Shown here in pieces: positions 8,750 through 18,160 of a DNA stretch of 64,000 nt. The number at the start of each line of letters is the position of its first letter. Positions within the stretch are counted from its first letter, which is position 1. The stretch covers positions 52,682 to 116,681 of IMG/VR virus record IMGVR_UViG_3300037189_015081. One strand, 5' to 3'. The position numbers and the translations under genes were made by a program. The notes beneath the pieces are model-generated. The model did not search any database and had not been told where the DNA came from. It saw nothing but the letters and a program-made list of their open reading frames with translations. This DNA is from a virus.

Positions 8750-8926
8750 CGCGAGCAGTTATATACTTCTGTTTCTGAGGAGCCGAAACGGCCTCCCTGT
8801 CTCCCCTCTTTGCGCCAGAACCCTTGGAGTGTCCGCGTTTTTTCGTTTTGTACAACTCGGGTGTTTTCGTGGTGTGAGTGTCTTCTTACCCTCCTCACCT
8901 TCCCGTGACCCTGGTACACTGGTGGC

Positions 8927-9847
8927 ATGACAGAGCTGCGTAGTTTGTTTGGTGAACCTGAGGATGAGACCCCTGAGGTTCGCATTGATGAACCCGTGAA
9001 TCTTCGCCCTGATCTTTCGGAGATCGGGATCGAGGAGGTGGAGCGTGGCGTGTGTGAGGACACGTACGAGAACCGCGGGATTCTTCGTCGTGCGAAGATG
9101 GGTTGGGACACGGTGTACTCCACGAATGGTGTACCGACCGGGTTGATCATGGCTCGCAGTTACGCGATGAACAAGGAGCGTCGTCTTCTTTCGCTCGCGG
9201 AGAAGAAACCTTTGCTGGTGGACCCGGATCATTTGAACTCTGATTACCTGACGGGTCTTGACCTGGTAGCGGAGGAGGCATCGGATTACCTGGTTCCACC
9301 TTGGGTTATTGGTGCGACACGGATGTGGATCAAGGAGCAGGATGATCCGATCGCGACGGAGAAGCGGAAGCCAACGGCTTTACCTCATCGTTGTCGGGCG
9401 ATCAAGGATGACGGGATCCGGTGTATGCTCTGGTCATCTGGTCGTCCAAAGGATGATGGTTTGTGCCGGATCCATCTTCGCCATGTGAATAAGCGACCGG
9501 GTGATGATATTGAGCGTGCCCGTGCGCGTTTGACGCAGGCTGCGCCTCACGCGGTTGATACCCTTGAGGAGCTGATGATCTACGCGACCTCGGAGCCGGT
9601 GAAGTTGAAGGCGGCGACGGAGATCCTGGATCGTGCTGGTGTTCGCGGCGGTGTGGAGTTTGACGCGAACGTGAAGGTGATGGATGCTCGACCGGCGGCA
9701 CAGGTTATCGCGGAGCGTTTGCAGCGTCTTGCTGCTCCTGCCCTTGACGCGGCGGTTGATCTTGTCGGGGATGGAGTCACTGAAAACGGATCGGAACCTA
9801 ATATCATTGACGCTGTGGTCATTGACTCCACAGAGGAGAACGGGTAA
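8927..9847 (+). CDS. probable terminase small subunit
   Basis: RCRAIKDDGIRC...LCRIH Zn finger plus AVDTLEELM..ATSEPVKLKAATEILDRAG, motifs typical of actinophage TerS; leaderless TGGTACACT. Confidence 0.55.
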   Translation: MTELRSLFGEPEDETPEVRIDEPVNLRPDLSEIGIEEVERGVCEDTYENRGILRRAKMGWDTVYSTNGVPTGLIMARSYAMNKERRLLSLAEKKPLLVDPDHLNSDYLTGLDLVAEEASDYLVPPWVIGATRMWIKEQDDPIATEKRKPTALPHRCRAIKDDGIRCMLWSSGRPKDDGLCRIHLRHVNKRPGDDIERARARLTQAAPHAVDTLEELMIYATSEPVKLKAATEILDRAGVRGGVEFDANVKVMDARPAAQVIAERLQRLAAPALDAAVDLVGDGVTENGSEPNIIDAVVIDSTEENG

Positions 9848-10009
9848 ATGGAACTTGATGGTGTTATCGCGGCTGCGGAAAAGGTTGCTGCCGGGTTGGA
9901 ACGGGATGTTCAATTGGCGTCTACGCGCGAGGAGCATGTCCGGTTGACGGCTCGCTGGAACGAGGCCGTTGCCCTGGTGAATTTGCTCGTGGCGAATCAG
10001 CCGTCCTGA
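9848..10009 (+). CDS. small helical protein, 53 aa
   Basis: Hand translation MELDGVIAAAEKV...; abuts the upstream stop. Confidence 0.6.
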   Translation: MELDGVIAAAEKVAAGLERDVQLASTREEHVRLTARWNEAVALVNLLVANQPS

Positions 10010-10021
10010 TAGTATAAACGT

Positions 10022-10798
10022 ATGTTTAAAGTGACGAATCGCACGGCCGTGTCCTTTCTGGAAGAGGCACGGGCGCAACTCGGGTACGTGGCTCGCCCGA
10101 ACCGGGATAGTTTTTACGGTGGTCAGGTCGGGTATCAGAATCTCCCGTGGGACGGGTCGTTTATTGACGTTGTAGCACGGGTGGCCGGGGTATCGGACCG
10201 GGTGCCAGCGTGCGCGTATAGCCCGAACGGGCTTGCCGGGTTTGTACGGGACGGGCGAGTGTACCCGAATCCGCAGCCCGGGGACGTCGTGTTTTTTACC
10301 TTTTCAACGGGCGCGAATTTTGAGGCTCCGCATGTGGGGATCGTGTCCGATGTTTCAGCCTGGCGAACACACCGGGTGTTTAAATCCATTGAGGGCATGG
10401 TTGCGTCGGGTAACCCGAAGGGTATTCCGACGAATGACGGGGTTTATGAGCGTGTTCGCTACGCGCATGAGGTGCTTGCTTTTGGACGCCCAGCCTGGGG
10501 GCGCAAAATAAGCTACCGGGTGACGGGTGATGTTTTACCTAAACCCGTGAAGTTTACGCATGTTCAGCCCGGGAACCGGAAACCTTTGCGTGCTGTGCGT
10601 CTGGTTCAGGACGCGTTGGCCTTGACGGTTGGGCTTGAAGGTTTTAGTGACGGGGTGTTTGACCCTGTTACGCGTTCCGGGTACGCGTCATGGCAACGAT
10701 TGTTGGGGTATGTGGGTTCGGATGCGAATGGTGTACCTGACATGGAGTCATTGACCTTGCTTGGTTCGCGTACCGGGTTGTTTAGTGTTGCCCAGTGA
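10022..10798 (+). CDS. CHAP-like plus peptidoglycan-binding protein (catalytic Cys absent)
   Basis: PWDGSF (usually PWCAxF), PQPGDVVFF, HVGIV, SIEG; C-terminal VRLVQDAL...DGVFDPVTRSGYASWQ. Confidence 0.75.
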   Translation: MFKVTNRTAVSFLEEARAQLGYVARPNRDSFYGGQVGYQNLPWDGSFIDVVARVAGVSDRVPACAYSPNGLAGFVRDGRVYPNPQPGDVVFFTFSTGANFEAPHVGIVSDVSAWRTHRVFKSIEGMVASGNPKGIPTNDGVYERVRYAHEVLAFGRPAWGRKISYRVTGDVLPKPVKFTHVQPGNRKPLRAVRLVQDALALTVGLEGFSDGVFDPVTRSGYASWQRLLGYVGSDANGVPDMESLTLLGSRTGLFSVAQ

Positions 10799-10987
10799 AC
10801 TAGAACTGGAGTGGACTTATGGACAGCTTCTAACTTCCCTGTGGGGTTACTAGGAAGTTGGTTTCGTGTCGCTGGCGCGTGTTATATAAATCCATGATAT
10901 AACTGGCGCAAATTCCGCAAACACCTGATATAATTCTGTTATGGCGTTGCAACCCAGCATGCCTGTTGACGGAAGTGATATCACTAC

Positions 10988-11557
10988 ATGACAAATACCA
11001 AGATCGGATTCCACGAATCCCTTTTGAAGCGCAAGCGCGAGGCCGACGAGTTTCGCTCAATTGTTTTTGACGCGATCCTTGAGATCGGGCAGCCCGTGAC
11101 GGTTGCCGAGGTTCAGGCGTATGTCGGGCAGGAACTCAACCGTGAGTTCAATCAGCCTCGCATTCGCTACGCCTTTGACGCGCTTGTCCTTGAAGGGAAA
11201 CTTATTCACCGTAAGGAAACCGCACAGGAGCGGGTGCTCCGTTTCAACGGGCGTACCCCGGTTGCGGGTGCGGCTGAGCTGTACTATCCGGCGCACATCT
11301 CCGGGATTGTCCCAGCCCGCACGGCGGTGAGCGTGGTACCGGGTGTCGAGTTGACGGGTCCGCTTGGAGCCCGTGGTCGTAAGCCGGGTTCGAAAAACAA
11401 GTCGAAGCACGCGAAGCCCTCTGCGGGTTCGGTTTTTGACGGGCTTGCCTTTGATCTTCTCGTGGAGAAGCTTGTTGAAGCCCGCCACGCGGATCTCATT
11501 GCTGAGAACACCGGGTTGAAGAAGCAGCTCGCGGAAATCCGTAAACTCGTTTCATAG
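10988..11557 (+). CDS. winged-helix-like DNA-binding protein with C-terminal coiled coil
   Basis: QPVTVAEVQAYV...RIRYAFDALVLEGKL; first cassette promoter upstream. Confidence 0.6.
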   Translation: MTNTKIGFHESLLKRKREADEFRSIVFDAILEIGQPVTVAEVQAYVGQELNREFNQPRIRYAFDALVLEGKLIHRKETAQERVLRFNGRTPVAGAAELYYPAHISGIVPARTAVSVVPGVELTGPLGARGRKPGSKNKSKHAKPSAGSVFDGLAFDLLVEKLVEARHADLIAENTGLKKQLAEIRKLVS

Positions 11558-11651
11558 CCTGCCTAGCCCGGGGGAGCGTTTACCGGGCGGGTGACGGGTC
11601 GACTCCAGTGCCAGTGGCATTGGAGTCACACTCGTTTCTAAAACTGGTCAC

Positions 11652-11719
11652 TTTTTTGAAGTGTAGCCTGGGGAGTACTAATAAGCCCGACGGGCGCGTT
11701 TTTTGAAGTGTAGCCTGGG
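11652..11719. repeat. 21-nt direct repeat TTTTTTGAAGTGTAGCCTGGG x2
   Basis: Copies at 11652 and 11699. Confidence 0.9.
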
Positions 11720-11885
11720 CAGGGGTTTATAAGGCGCTGCCGGGCTGGTTTTTCAGGTCTGCTGCGAAGTCCTCGCAGGTTAAGCCAGCTTCCTGGTGGG
11801 TACACGGAAGAGGCTTGATGCTACCCCATCCCGATCCGAAACCGTGCCTGATATAATTGACACGTATCCAACCCAAGGAGGAAAA

Positions 11886-12059
11886 ATGGCAAAGTACAAG
11901 ATCTACGCAACCAAGACGATTACGCTTGAGGCGATCGTCGATGCTGAAAACGAATTCGAGGCATGGACTGCTTCGGATGAGCTCATCACCGATGACTTCG
12001 ATCAGGTCAACACCGTGTTCAAGATCGATGAGATCGTGTTCCAAGATCACCTGATATAA
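11886..12059 (+). CDS. small acidic protein (DpnD/PcfM-like)
   Basis: AAGGAGG RBS; MAKYKIYATKTITLEAIVDAENEFEA; its stop lies within the next promoter repeat. Confidence 0.65.
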   Translation: MAKYKIYATKTITLEAIVDAENEFEAWTASDELITDDFDQVNTVFKIDEIVFQDHLI

Positions 12060-12090
12060 TAGATATTGCTTCACAAGAGGCAAAATCCGA

Positions 12091-12309
12091 ATGACGAAAC
12101 GAAACGAGGACAACATGGATCCTTTTGAGTGTGAAATCGAAGGCTGCTTCAACTCAGCCATGCAGGACGCAACACTTTCCAGTGAAACCGAGGGCGATGA
12201 AACCCTGCAGCTCTGTGACGAGTGTCTCGAGTTCTTCAAGGAAGAGCTCGAGTATGAGATCGTCAAGATCGAACGCTACAACTCGACGTGGACAGGCGAC
12301 TCCGAATAG
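12091..12309 (+). CDS. small Zn-binding acidic protein
   Basis: CEIEGC...LCDEC; cassette context. Confidence 0.65.
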   Translation: MTKRNEDNMDPFECEIEGCFNSAMQDATLSSETEGDETLQLCDECLEFFKEELEYEIVKIERYNSTWTGDSE

Positions 12310-12381
12310 ATACCTGATATAATTAGATATATCAACGCGGAAACCCAAAATCCGCAATCCGAACGACGAAAGGAAACGCCC

Positions 12382-12696
12382 ATGGACGTTACCATCACCT
12401 CAGATAAAGAACGCGCCTGGTCCAAATTCAAGTCGACCAAGTACGACCACCCCTACCGTGAGAGCCGCGTGTTCGTCGACTTTGGCGAGAACGTGTGGGA
12501 ACACCTGCAGAACCGCAGGAACCGTCCCTACACGACGCTCAAGCCTCTCATCGCTGCCGCACTTCGTGAGCGCGGCATTCCCTTCACCAAGCTCTCATGG
12601 AACCGCTATGCGGGATGCGGCATGTGCCCCTGCTCCGGTGGGTTCATCATCGAGGGTGGACAGACTGGCCACGACCTCTGGGTCGCGGTCTCCTAA
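12382..12696 (+). CDS. hypothetical cassette protein
   Basis: Promoter plus RBS; WNRYAGCGMCPCSGGF. Confidence 0.75.
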   Translation: MDVTITSDKERAWSKFKSTKYDHPYRESRVFVDFGENVWEHLQNRRNRPYTTLKPLIAAALRERGIPFTKLSWNRYAGCGMCPCSGGFIIEGGQTGHDLWVAVS

Positions 12697-12799
12697 ACCA
12701 GGCGCCAGGTCGCGCATCCCCCCAGTGCGGCCTGGCACCTGATATAATTAGAACATAGCAACACCAACCCAATATCCGTAACGACGAAAGGAGTCCATC

Positions 12800-13228
12800 A
12801 TGGGCTACTACGTAAAGATCAAAGAATCCACATTCCGAATTCCCGCCGCAAACCTCGACGCAGCACTTGTCGAGCTCAAGGCACTCAACCACAAGCCAGA
12901 CGTCGAAAAGCACGGTGGCCACTTCAACAAGGATGGCGCCAAGGACGTTCGCTGGTTCTCGTGGATGCCGGAAGATTACGACAAGCACGTCAAGACCGCT
13001 GAAGAGGTTTTCGTTCTTCTCGGTTTCGAGTGCGAACAGGACCCGGCGACTGGTGATCTTCTCATCACCGACTACGACAATAAGACGGGTCAGGAGGAGC
13101 TCTTCCTTGACGCGGTCAAGAACCTGGTCAATCCAGACTCGTTCATCACCTGGATGGGTGAGGAAGGCGAGATGTGGCGCTGGACTCCTGAAGGAGTCTG
13201 GGAACCCGTCATCAGCTGGCGCAAATAA
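12800..13228 (+). CDS. hypothetical cassette protein
   Basis: Promoter plus RBS; MGY...KTGQE...WMGEEGEMWRW. Confidence 0.75.
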   Translation: MGYYVKIKESTFRIPAANLDAALVELKALNHKPDVEKHGGHFNKDGAKDVRWFSWMPEDYDKHVKTAEEVFVLLGFECEQDPATGDLLITDYDNKTGQEELFLDAVKNLVNPDSFITWMGEEGEMWRWTPEGVWEPVISWRK

Positions 13229-13320
13229 CCACGACAGGAGCGTCTGCCATGCGGCAGGCGCTCCACTGTCGTAGGCACCTGATATAATTAGCACATAGCG
13301 TAACGACGAAAGGACACGCC

Positions 13321-13728
13321 ATGACTACAAACCCAATCACCTACATCTACGACCCGGCTCAGATGGAAGCCATCTTCGAGGAGCTCACCCGTGAGGGTGG
13401 CGAGTACGAGGTAAACGCCATTTGGAACACCAAACGCATCTACGACGTTGACGCCCAGAAGTGGATTGACGTCGAGAACCAGACGCACGACACCTTCATC
13501 ATCAATGACGTGAGCTACCAGTGGTACCACGGTCACAACATGAAGCACCCGCAGACACCCACGCTCGTCGCGTTCTGGACGTCCAATCACCGCGAGGATG
13601 ACTGGGACGAGCACGAGGTCGAGATCGACGCGACTGCGGCTGAGGTCTACGCCTTCATGCGTAGCGTCAATGGCTACGACTTCTATGATGGTCCCGACAC
13701 CATCGCTGAGGCGCGAGGTGAGAGGTAA
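13321..13728 (+). CDS. acidic hypothetical cassette protein
   Basis: Promoter plus RBS. Confidence 0.75.
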   Translation: MTTNPITYIYDPAQMEAIFEELTREGGEYEVNAIWNTKRIYDVDAQKWIDVENQTHDTFIINDVSYQWYHGHNMKHPQTPTLVAFWTSNHREDDWDEHEVEIDATAAEVYAFMRSVNGYDFYDGPDTIAEARGER

Positions 13729-13907
13729 TGACACTGCGCGCGGTCATCGACGTCTACTGTGGATACTGTGATGGTGTCCATGAGACGCAGCCCGTCGAGG
13801 GAATCATCGATGGTGACAGTAAGTCCTTCAGCTGGATCGCGTTCTGCCCTGAATGTGATCTCCACATCGAGGGACAGGACTCGATCGAAAAGCTGAATCT
13901 CAAGTAG
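13728..13907 (+). CDS. small Zn-ribbon protein, 59 aa
   Basis: Hand translation; CGYC...CPEC; TAATG coupling. Confidence 0.65.
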   Translation: MTLRAVIDVYCGYCDGVHETQPVEGIIDGDSKSFSWIAFCPECDLHIEGQDSIEKLNLK

Positions 13908-13953
13908 GCACCTGATATAATTAGATATATCAAAACGACGAAAGGAAAATGCC

Positions 13954-14211
13954 ATGGGAATTTACTACCAGGACATCATCAAGGTCGAGGAGAAACTCTT
14001 CGAGGACCTGACCACTGCACTCGAGTGTGCACGCGCGGACTACGACAAGTGGTGCACGGTGAGCAAGAGCTACACCGAGCTGCGTGACGTTTTCCGTGAC
14101 GACGCGACTGGCGAGATCGTCATCAAGTACAAGTACGATGACGACCTTGACGAGTCGGAGCGAGAGGATCGCTTCAGCGTCGAGTGGATGGAAATCGCGA
14201 CCAGCGTCTAA
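13954..14211 (+). CDS. acidic hypothetical cassette protein
   Basis: Promoter plus RBS. Confidence 0.75.
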   Translation: MGIYYQDIIKVEEKLFEDLTTALECARADYDKWCTVSKSYTELRDVFRDDATGEIVIKYKYDDDLDESEREDRFSVEWMEIATSV

Positions 14212-14258
14212 GACCTGATATAATTAGATCATCAACAAAACGACGAAAGGAAACTGCC

Positions 14259-14723
14259 ATGGAAAATATCCAGAGCAAGATCATCGGAAAAGCTCTCTAC
14301 CTTGAGCTCCGCAACGGAAACTACACCAACCAAATCATTCTGATGCCGGAAGGCACCAGCGCGGAGGGAAAGTACGTGCCCACAACCACGTACCGTCGCC
14401 GCATCTCTGAGTCGACGCCGCGCAAAACCTGGCGCGTCATGTCCAGCCTGTTCCGCAGCGAGCGAACCATCGATGGAACCCTCGTTCCGCTCGGTCGCGA
14501 GCACGCGCTCGCCACAGTCACAGATCGCCTTGGCTACACCAAGGGACTGTTCGACCAGCTCGTCAGTGGAGGGTACAGCATCTACAAGCAGCCCATCACT
14601 GTCGAGGTTACTCCCGAGGACCTGGTCGACGTGTACAACGCGAAGACTCCCTACAAGGTCATCGCGCGAATCACCCGTTCGCGCCGTGCGCTTGGCTTTG
14701 GCGAAGACCTCTTCGTCAAGTAG
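14259..14723 (+). CDS. hypothetical cassette protein
   Basis: Start re-called to the ATG after ACGACGAAAGGA. Confidence 0.75.
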   Translation: MENIQSKIIGKALYLELRNGNYTNQIILMPEGTSAEGKYVPTTTYRRRISESTPRKTWRVMSSLFRSERTIDGTLVPLGREHALATVTDRLGYTKGLFDQLVSGGYSIYKQPITVEVTPEDLVDVYNAKTPYKVIARITRSRRALGFGEDLFVK

Positions 14724-14771
14724 CACCTGATATAATTACATTACCCAAACAAACGACGAAAGGACACGCCC

Positions 14772-15752
14772 ATGAATCCCACGGATTATGATGTGTTATA
14801 CCCAGGACTCGGAGAGATCCTGAACTCAGCTGCCACCCAGTCGGTGAACGACGACCTCGCGACACTGCTCGCGAAGTACATGGTCGACCAGGGCAAGGCA
14901 GTCGCAAAGACTCCCACCAAGAAGAAGGTTGTTCCAGTCGTGAACGCTGACGCACTGCTTGGCTCATCCAAGTACAAGCGCCCGAACGGCGACGACTACT
15001 TCACCCGCAAGTGGGGCGAGCACGATGACGTCGAGGTTGTGCGCAAGGCGCGCGACAAGTCACAGTTCATCCTTCTGTACGGTGCGCCAGGTTGCGGTAA
15101 GACCGCACTGGTCGAGGCCGCCTTTGGTGAAAACCTTCACACCGTTCTCGGTAGCGGTGACACCGAGGTCTCCGACCTTGTAGGTGGATACGTCCAGACG
15201 CCGTCTGGTGGATTCGTCTGGGAGGATGGTCCTCTGCTCAAGGCTGCAATCGCTGGTGAGCCGCTGCTCATCGATGAGGTTGGTCTCATCGACCCGAAGG
15301 TCCTGTCGATCGTGTACGGTCTGATGGATGGTCGCCGTGAGTACACTGTCACTGCGAACCCTGAGCGCGGTACCGTGAAGGCGAAGGATGGTTTCTACGT
15401 CATCGCCGCCACGAACCCGAACGCTCCTGGTGTTCGACTCAGCGAGGCGCTCCTGTCGCGATTCACCATGCACGCTGAGATGACGACTGACTGGTCACTC
15501 GCCAAGAAGCTTGGCGCTCCTGCCACCATCGTCACTGCGGCGCAGAACCTCGCGAAGAAGCAAAAGGAGGGCGAGGTAAGCTGGGCACCACAGATGCGCG
15601 AGCTTCTCGCGTTCCGTGACGTCTCTGCGGACTATGGCACCAAGTTCGCTATCGCGAACCTGCTGGCTGCTTCTCCTGAGATGGATCGCCCGGTCGTCGC
15701 TGACGTGTTCACTCGCGTCTTTGGCGAGGAGTGCCGTCCAGCCAAGATCTAA
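14772..15752 (+). CDS. MoxR/CbbQ/CobS-type AAA+ ATPase
   Basis: Walker A GAPGCGKT, Walker B LLIDE, ATNP, SEALLSRF. Confidence 0.9.
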   Translation: MNPTDYDVLYPGLGEILNSAATQSVNDDLATLLAKYMVDQGKAVAKTPTKKKVVPVVNADALLGSSKYKRPNGDDYFTRKWGEHDDVEVVRKARDKSQFILLYGAPGCGKTALVEAAFGENLHTVLGSGDTEVSDLVGGYVQTPSGGFVWEDGPLLKAAIAGEPLLIDEVGLIDPKVLSIVYGLMDGRREYTVTANPERGTVKAKDGFYVIAATNPNAPGVRLSEALLSRFTMHAEMTTDWSLAKKLGAPATIVTAAQNLAKKQKEGEVSWAPQMRELLAFRDVSADYGTKFAIANLLAASPEMDRPVVADVFTRVFGEECRPAKI

Positions 15753-15758
15753 CAAGCC

Positions 15759-15794
15759 CGGTGCCGCGGTTTCTTCGTCGTTCCCGCCGCACCG
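15759..15794 (+). promoter_or_regulatory. 3'-UTR hairpin with loop antisense to the AACGACGAA RBS leader
   Basis: Stem CGGTGC.GCGG/CCGC.GCACCG; loop TTTCTTCGTCGTTC. Confidence 0.65.
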
Positions 15795-15897
15795 TTCCCC
15801 AAGGAGGGGGCCTGATTTGGGTTCAGGCTCCCTCCATCTAAAACGACCTGATATAATTAGAACATAGCATAACGACATCTTGACGGAAGGACACGCT

Positions 15898-17682
15898 ATG
15901 GCACACATTCACTCTTCAAACACCCGCGCAGAGGCAACGCCATCCAAATGGCTCCGACTTGGCGCACAGCTCGGTGAACTCGTAAACACCTGGGCACATC
16001 GCACTGACCTGGTTGCCTACGTTGGTCCAGGCGCTGGTGGTCAAGCTCCCGCATGTTACAACCCGCGGCTCGCCGAGGTCGAGGTAAACGTAACCGTGGC
16101 ATTCGGTGCGGCAACCACTCCAGAGATGATTGACAACATCACCAAGCGCGACACGCAGTTCGAGTACCCCAAGGCAACAGGCGCCATCTACCACGAGGCG
16201 CTTCACGCCAAGTACTCACGCTGGTCGCTCGAGGATGCAGCACGCGAACTCAGCGAAAAGGAGCTCCAGGCAATCAACCTTCTCGAGGAAACGCGCATCG
16301 AGGCAAATGGCGTCAATGACGTCCCGAAGAACCAAGTGTTCCTTCGCGCCTGCGCACTGGAGATTGTTCTCGCTGACGCCGAGGAAGGACTCGGAAAGAT
16401 GACGTCCACTCGTGCGGCTGCCCAGCTCGCTGGACTCACACTCGCGCGCGTTGACGCTGGTGTCCTTGAGCGCAGCGACGTGGACATCATCGCTGACGTT
16501 CTCGATGGGATGCTCGGCGAAGACCTCATCATCAAGCTGCGTTCCATCTGGAATCGTTTCCAAATGCACGACCAGCACTATGACGCAACGCCGCTCTACG
16601 ACCTTGCCCGTGAATGGGTTGCGGTCGTCGAGGAAGCCGCCAAGGATGACGAGCCAGAGGGCACTGATGGCGAGGGTGACGAAGTACCCGAACACATCAA
16701 AGAACTTCTCGACGCTCTTGTAAATGATGCCGAGGCAACTGGGTTTGCTGCCGCAGACCAGGCTGCCGACCAGGCTGAAGGTGAGGCGTGGATCGAGATC
16801 GCTGGTGGAAAGTCGCGCGCGGCAAAGGAGCGTCAGGAAAACGCCAGGACTGCCACCACTGTCTTCAGCAAGGGCACTGGCCCGATGGCAACCAGCAAGT
16901 CAAGTTCGCGTCTCTATGAGAAGCGCAAGCCAACCTCTGAGGAGCGCGTTGCCGCGGTCAAGGTGGCGACCATGCTTGAGAAGGCGAAGTACCGTGAGCG
17001 CGACATGCACGAGATCCAGTCCGTGACTCCTCCCGGTCGCCTGCGCACTCGAGCTCTTGTTCAGGGCGCGGCACTCAAGTCTAAGGGAATCATGGCGCAG
17101 ACCGAGCCGTGGCGTCGTCACGTGCGCAAGCACACCGATGAGCCAACGCTCAAGGTTGGCGTGATGGTCGACATCTCTGGTTCTATGGGTTCCGCGATGG
17201 TTCCAATGGCTGTCACCGCGTGGGTCATGTCTGAGGCGTCTAAGCGCGTTCAGGCACGCGCCGCGATGGTGTACTACGGTAGCGACGTGTTCCCGACCTT
17301 GAAGCCAGGTCAGAGTCTCGACCAGGTGCACGTGTATACTGCGCCTGACGGAACCGAGAAGTTCGACAAGGCGTTCAAGGCGATCGACGGTGCGCTCGAT
17401 CTTCTGCACGGTGATGGCGCCCGCTTGCTCGTCGTGGTGAGCGATGGACACTACACCTACGAGGAGACCGCGCGAGCCGAAGCGTGGGTCAAGCGTTGTC
17501 ACGCTGAAGGCGTTGCCGTCCTGTGGTTGCCGTTTGACTCTGGCATGATGGCTCAGCGAGTCTGCAAGGGCACTGACGCGATTGTGCTCAGCGGTCGACT
17601 GGATCCCGCCGAGGCAGCAACCAAGATTGGTCAGGCTGCCGCGATGGCGCTGACCAAGGCAGGCGCACGCGCGGCTGCATAA
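15898..17682 (+). CDS. VWA-domain protein with HEXXH motif (CobT-like partner of the AAA+ ATPase)
   Basis: YHEALH; MIDAS DISGSMG...DGT...VVSDG; ATG 15898 follows GACGGAAGGA. Confidence 0.85.
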   Translation: MAHIHSSNTRAEATPSKWLRLGAQLGELVNTWAHRTDLVAYVGPGAGGQAPACYNPRLAEVEVNVTVAFGAATTPEMIDNITKRDTQFEYPKATGAIYHEALHAKYSRWSLEDAARELSEKELQAINLLEETRIEANGVNDVPKNQVFLRACALEIVLADAEEGLGKMTSTRAAAQLAGLTLARVDAGVLERSDVDIIADVLDGMLGEDLIIKLRSIWNRFQMHDQHYDATPLYDLAREWVAVVEEAAKDDEPEGTDGEGDEVPEHIKELLDALVNDAEATGFAAADQAADQAEGEAWIEIAGGKSRAAKERQENARTATTVFSKGTGPMATSKSSSRLYEKRKPTSEERVAAVKVATMLEKAKYRERDMHEIQSVTPPGRLRTRALVQGAALKSKGIMAQTEPWRRHVRKHTDEPTLKVGVMVDISGSMGSAMVPMAVTAWVMSEASKRVQARAAMVYYGSDVFPTLKPGQSLDQVHVYTAPDGTEKFDKAFKAIDGALDLLHGDGARLLVVVSDGHYTYEETARAEAWVKRCHAEGVAVLWLPFDSGMMAQRVCKGTDAIVLSGRLDPAEAATKIGQAAAMALTKAGARAAA

Positions 17683-17687
17683 CAAGC

Positions 17688-17738
17688 TCCAGTGCGGGGA
17701 CGGTTACCTTCCGTCAATCGTCCCGTCCCTGCACTGGG
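17688..17738 (+). promoter_or_regulatory. 3'-UTR hairpin with loop antisense to the TTGACGGAAGG RBS leader
   Basis: Stem of about 16 bp; loop TTACCTTCCGTCAATCGTC. Confidence 0.7.
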
Positions 17739-17794
17739 TTCTCTGTCAGGGCGACCTGATATAATAAAACTAACAACGACGAAAGGACAGCATT

Positions 17795-18034
17795 ATGGCT
17801 GAACAAATCTTCATCTCACACAACGGATCCGGAACCTTCTTCGGTCTGGACGACGACGTGCAGCTCATCAGCGCGACGGACGTCGAGAACAATGACAGCG
17901 AAGCACTTGTCTCCGGTGACATCTCCGACGTTGCGGTTGACTACGGGTACACGATTACGCCCGAGCTCGCACAGATTCTCTACGAGGTAGCAATGAACTA
18001 TCACGAAAAGGGAGTAGTACCCGTGATACAATAG
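17795..18034 (+). CDS. acidic hypothetical cassette protein
   Basis: Promoter plus RBS. Confidence 0.7.
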   Translation: MAEQIFISHNGSGTFFGLDDDVQLISATDVENNDSEALVSGDISDVAVDYGYTITPELAQILYEVAMNYHEKGVVPVIQ

Positions 18035-18160
18035 TATCTACGGCCGCGGAGGCTACCACTAGTTTCCGCGGCCAAACACATACAACTGAATACCCGCGGC
18101 TGATGCGGGACTGTGTGCAAGAAGAAGCGCGGGAAATACCCACGCAGGAAGGAGAACACA

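Noticed and set aside
14772-17682. Cobalamin biosynthesis genes cobS/cobT
   Set aside because: No cobN or other cob genes are in the window; the generic MoxR-VWA call is safer.
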